A DNA stretch of 64,000 nucleotides from Prevotella sp. (GTDB lineage Bacteria > Bacteroidota > Bacteroidia > Bacteroidales > Dysgonomonadaceae), in NCBI GenBank assembly GCA_031285625.1, contig JAITVV010000007.1:64001-128000 (forward strand), in the 5' to 3' direction. The notes under the pieces are model-generated. The model was not told the origin of the DNA and made no database searches. It was given only the letters and a program-made list of their open reading frames with translations. The stretch's first letter is position 1; every line of letters starts with the position of its first letter. The translations under genes and the position numbers were made by a program. This document shows positions 60,721 through 64,000 of this stretch, piece by piece.

Positions 60721-63700
60721 TTACAGAAAAACAACCTTAATTTTATCTCCTGTTTTTAAATTCAATTTATCAAATGATATATCTATCTGATCATTTACAT
60801 CAAATGTTGCTGGTATCACTTTATCATTGCAGAATACTTCTACCTTTTGCGGTGTAAATCCGGCAGGAACCGAAAGCTTTACTTTCTGCAGGGCAAGCCT
60901 GCCATGTTTTACTTCAATAGTATTCTGTTGATTACGTCCTTCTCCGGTTTGGGAGATATTACCCCATCCTTCTGCTGCCGTAAAGAATCCTCTGAATTTA
61001 TTTGAAATCAGCTTCGGAGAGAAGCTCATAACTCCTTTAGGACCATCGTACCAATAATTTTGAATAGCATTAAGAACTCCATACGATGCCATTGCACGTG
61101 CATAATGATCACCGCACTCAATTTCGTTCCATGGATTATGTTTGGCTCCATCATAACGTGAATGCACAGCTTTCACTATGGCAAGGCCTTCATCAACCAT
61201 ACCTCTCAATATCATATTGGTAGCTACCTGATATTCAATACCTGTCCATACCTCATCACGATACCTGACACCAGCCTCGCCCGGATGTTTACTGTGCGGC
61301 CATGTACAGATCAGTAATCCCGGTTCGCCTGAATGAGCATAATATCTTTCCGGAAGGTGTGCTTCTGTCTGAGGCCCCACATCATTTGTCCAGTTATACT
61401 TCCACACCGAACGCAGTGCTTTATCAATTGCATCATTCGGATACAGATCACCGAGCCTTAACAGATCTGCCCATGTTTGTCCAAATAACTGATCGCTAAG
61501 ACATCCTTTTCCATACTGATGCTCCGGATATTCCTTTTCATCTACATCCTGTATAAAGTATTCACCATTCCACAAACGATCCATTGTATTGTCAGATCCG
61601 GCAGTATATATCTTCTTGTAACGTTCAGCAGCTGTTGTGTCATTCATTATCATAGCCATCTTCTCTCCTGCACGCAATGCTGCCAGATACAGTGCGCCCA
61701 CATAGGTGTTGGCTCCATGAAATGAAATATCATATGTATTCGGTTGCTTCTTTACAATGAGACCATCTTCATTCCCATCTTCACGAATAATATATTCCAA
61801 TGATTTCTTTATTTTAGCCCAGTTACGGGATAAAAAGAAATTATCTTTCGACATCAGATGCTCACGATACATACGCAGTATAACACTCGCATGTCCGTCT
61901 ATGAGTATACCGTGCTCGCCATTGCGTGAGAGAATTCCTCCATCCGGTTGGAGAGATACACTGTAATCGGTTTTTTCGCGTAAGTTCCGTTCCAGTTCAG
62001 GAAACAATGCAGCCATTGCCTGAGCATACCCCCAAACATGTGTACATGTACCTTCACAGGATCCTACACCTTCCCATGCCCAGAACTTATCTGTAGCCCA
62101 CCACTGGCATGTTTCAGAGGCCAGAATAGATATAGGCATCATCAAGCGGTGAGTCAGCCAATAAGGTAATGTAGTCTGATTATAATATGTATCATGGAAA
62201 TCAAAAGTAGCTTTCTCCAGTTTGCTATAGTTTTCATGTAATTGTTCAGCTACATCAAGTGAACTATTATACCAATTGGAATACATATTACCTATAGCCG
62301 GAGAATTAGGGGGTAAAGGCCTGTTCCATTCAGAACCCTTATAGCTCAACGGCCTGTTAGGGAAATACCATGAAAGCACAAAGATAACTTCCTTAGATTC
62401 TCCCGGTTTCAGGCTCATTGTAGAAGTTAATCCTCCGTTCAGTTTATCGCCCAATAAAGCCTCGGCATATGCCAATCCGTCTTTTGTAATATCTGCTGTA
62501 GCAGTAGCATTCGCATCAAAAACAGTGAGGGATAAGTTACCAAAATAAGCATGAGTTTCATCTATTTTAATACGAGGCATACCTACAGGTTCGTTGGCGA
62601 ACTGAATATTATCTACACTGATATGCCCCCAGTCACCTGTAACATCATCGATAATTTCAAAATATGCTTTTTTCCCTTTCCATTTGCTTACATCCCAGTT
62701 GCGAGGAAGGAAGTCTTCATTATTATTTCCGGTAGCGCTCATTGCTACAATACCATCAATCACAAGATTCATACACGTCTTTCCTTTGTGTGCACCTCCT
62801 GCAATATTGAATGTGATGTATTTATCAGAAATCGTAAATGTTTTGGAAGTCATTTTCCCGGTTGGCTTATCATAATCACTGTATGAGTTAGCCAATCCTT
62901 TGCCATAGTCTCCTCCAAGCGGATTTTGATTGCAGAGTTCACCTGCAGCAGGTTTATTCCCAAAAGCGGTACCTTCTACACGCCAGTTATTATAATTGCC
63001 TGATTCAAAATCATCAAATACTTTAAATTTACGGGTAGGAGATTTATCATCTTTCACTTTCCCACTAACGCTCATATCCATATATACAGATTTCTGGGAA
63101 GCATTAGAAACAACCTTATTCCTTAATGTTCCGCCTGCTCGGTCTTTCAGATCAATGCAAACGAGATTTTGCATCCAGCCTGTGAGATCTGCCTTTACAG
63201 TTTTGTCTGAGGTGTTCTTAACCGTATATTTCAAGATCGTAGCAGGTGTTGCCGACTCCTTCGCATTCAAAGGAATAAAAGGAGAATATACCTGGGAACT
63301 AACCTTTACAGGAAGTTCATTACTTTTTGAGTTATAATCAATAAATGCTATTGGGTATTCACCTATGAAAGAGATATCATCAAAGTCTTTTTTACTTAAT
63401 TCCTTTGTATATTTCTTTTGACTATCATCCACCGTGATTTTAAAACCCTGATCGATATAACTCATCGGTTCGAATGTCTGATAACATACTTTCCATGGGC
63501 CTAACGGTGTCTCAAAATTTAATAACCAGTCTATACCATAACCGGTATTGTATGCATTATTTGCAATCCACCAGTTAGCCAGTGTTCCATCACCTCTAAC
63601 ATATAGTTGTCCGGCAGCAATTCCGCCGCAAGGCATACCAATAGTTACAAGTTCATTCCCTTTATATACTTTTCTTTCTCCTTTACTATTTTTATCTCCT

Positions 63701-63816
63701 ATAAACGCCTGTATATTTCCCTTATCGGGAGAAACTTTATGATCAGATGAAATTTGTTGGCTAAAAACGAATAGGGGTAATAAAAACAGCAAAACTAATG
63801 TGCTGTATTGTTTCAT
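60721..63816 (-). CDS. GH116-family glycoside hydrolase with an inserted CBM-like module
   Basis: Signal peptide; GMPCGGIAAG, YSPFIP, WEG...CEGTCTHVW.Y, NTYD, SDQLFGQ, EVWTGIEY, PWNEIECGDHYARAMAS. Confidence 0.85.
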   Translation of the reverse strand: MKQYSTLVLLFLLPLFVFSQQISSDHKVSPDKGNIQAFIGDKNSKGERKVYKGNELVTIGMPCGGIAAGQLYVRGDGTLANWWIANNAYNTGYGIDWLLNFETPLGPWKVCYQTFEPMSYIDQGFKITVDDSQKKYTKELSKKDFDDISFIGEYPIAFIDYNSKSNELPVKVSSQVYSPFIPLNAKESATPATILKYTVKNTSDKTVKADLTGWMQNLVCIDLKDRAGGTLRNKVVSNASQKSVYMDMSVSGKVKDDKSPTRKFKVFDDFESGNYNNWRVEGTAFGNKPAAGELCNQNPLGGDYGKGLANSYSDYDKPTGKMTSKTFTISDKYITFNIAGGAHKGKTCMNLVIDGIVAMSATGNNNEDFLPRNWDVSKWKGKKAYFEIIDDVTGDWGHISVDNIQFANEPVGMPRIKIDETHAYFGNLSLTVFDANATATADITKDGLAYAEALLGDKLNGGLTSTMSLKPGESKEVIFVLSWYFPNRPLSYKGSEWNRPLPPNSPAIGNMYSNWYNSSLDVAEQLHENYSKLEKATFDFHDTYYNQTTLPYWLTHRLMMPISILASETCQWWATDKFWAWEGVGSCEGTCTHVWGYAQAMAALFPELERNLREKTDYSVSLQPDGGILSRNGEHGILIDGHASVILRMYREHLMSKDNFFLSRNWAKIKKSLEYIIREDGNEDGLIVKKQPNTYDISFHGANTYVGALYLAALRAGEKMAMIMNDTTAAERYKKIYTAGSDNTMDRLWNGEYFIQDVDEKEYPEHQYGKGCLSDQLFGQTWADLLRLGDLYPNDAIDKALRSVWKYNWTNDVGPQTEAHLPERYYAHSGEPGLLICTWPHSKHPGEAGVRYRDEVWTGIEYQVATNMILRGMVDEGLAIVKAVHSRYDGAKHNPWNEIECGDHYARAMASYGVLNAIQNYWYDGPKGVMSFSPKLISNKFRGFFTAAEGWGNISQTGEGRNQQNTIEVKHGRLALQKVKLSVPAGFTPQKVEVFCNDKVIPATFDVNDQIDISFDKLNLKTGDKIKVVFL

Positions 63817-63879
63817 CTTAATTTATTTTGAATTAGTGTTTTTCATTTAGGAGGGTGCCAAAAGAAATTTTTTCTATTT

Positions 63880-63978
63880 CTTTGTCATGTTGAATTCGAA
63901 GGATCGGCGAAACCAACAGGAGTAAAACATCTCATGACCGAAGGGTCGAGATTCTTCATTACATTCAGAATGACAAAG
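63880..63978. repeat. Palindromic REP/MITE-like element, copy 2
   Basis: ctttgtcatgttgaat...catctc...gggtcgagattcttc...attcagaatgacaaag; related to 20310-20422. Confidence 0.65.
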
Positions 63979-64000
63979 AGAGTAACATCTTTATAGTGCA

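Overview
AT-rich Bacteroidota chromosomal window; gene content and protein style suggest Dysgonomonas or a close Bacteroidales relative (inference). In order, it holds: a type V pilus accessory triad (Mfa2/FimB-like lipoprotein, DUF3575, DUF3868-OmpA-TPR); a degenerate ROK protein; two convergent general-stress operons (META, LEA-like lipoprotein, esterase, BON, LysM, OmpA, SDR, amylase) that each start with an AAAC-N17-YGTT ECF-like promoter; a VOC/YafY-WYL/GyrI cluster with a TGACA-N6-TGTCA operator and a twice-frameshifted flavodoxin-family gene; a complete hmuYRSTUV heme-uptake operon led by an extra Met-rich lipoprotein and a long structured leader; a MarR-RND efflux operon divergent from a LytS/LytTR pair; a GH2 beta-galactosidase; an aldo/keto reductase; a surface-fibre island (three tandem paralogous secreted fibre-like proteins, an HTH regulator, a FimA/Mfa1-type pilin, AraC); a DEAD-box helicase; and a polysaccharide utilization locus (GH116, SusC, SusD, two GH172, ribulokinase, PHP phosphoesterase) that most plausibly targets D-arabinan. 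That locus contains two copies of an intergenic hairpin-plus-motif element. Two related palindromic REP-like elements are also present. I saw no rRNA, tRNA, CRISPR array, transposase or integrase. All family assignments come from motif recognition, not from database searches.
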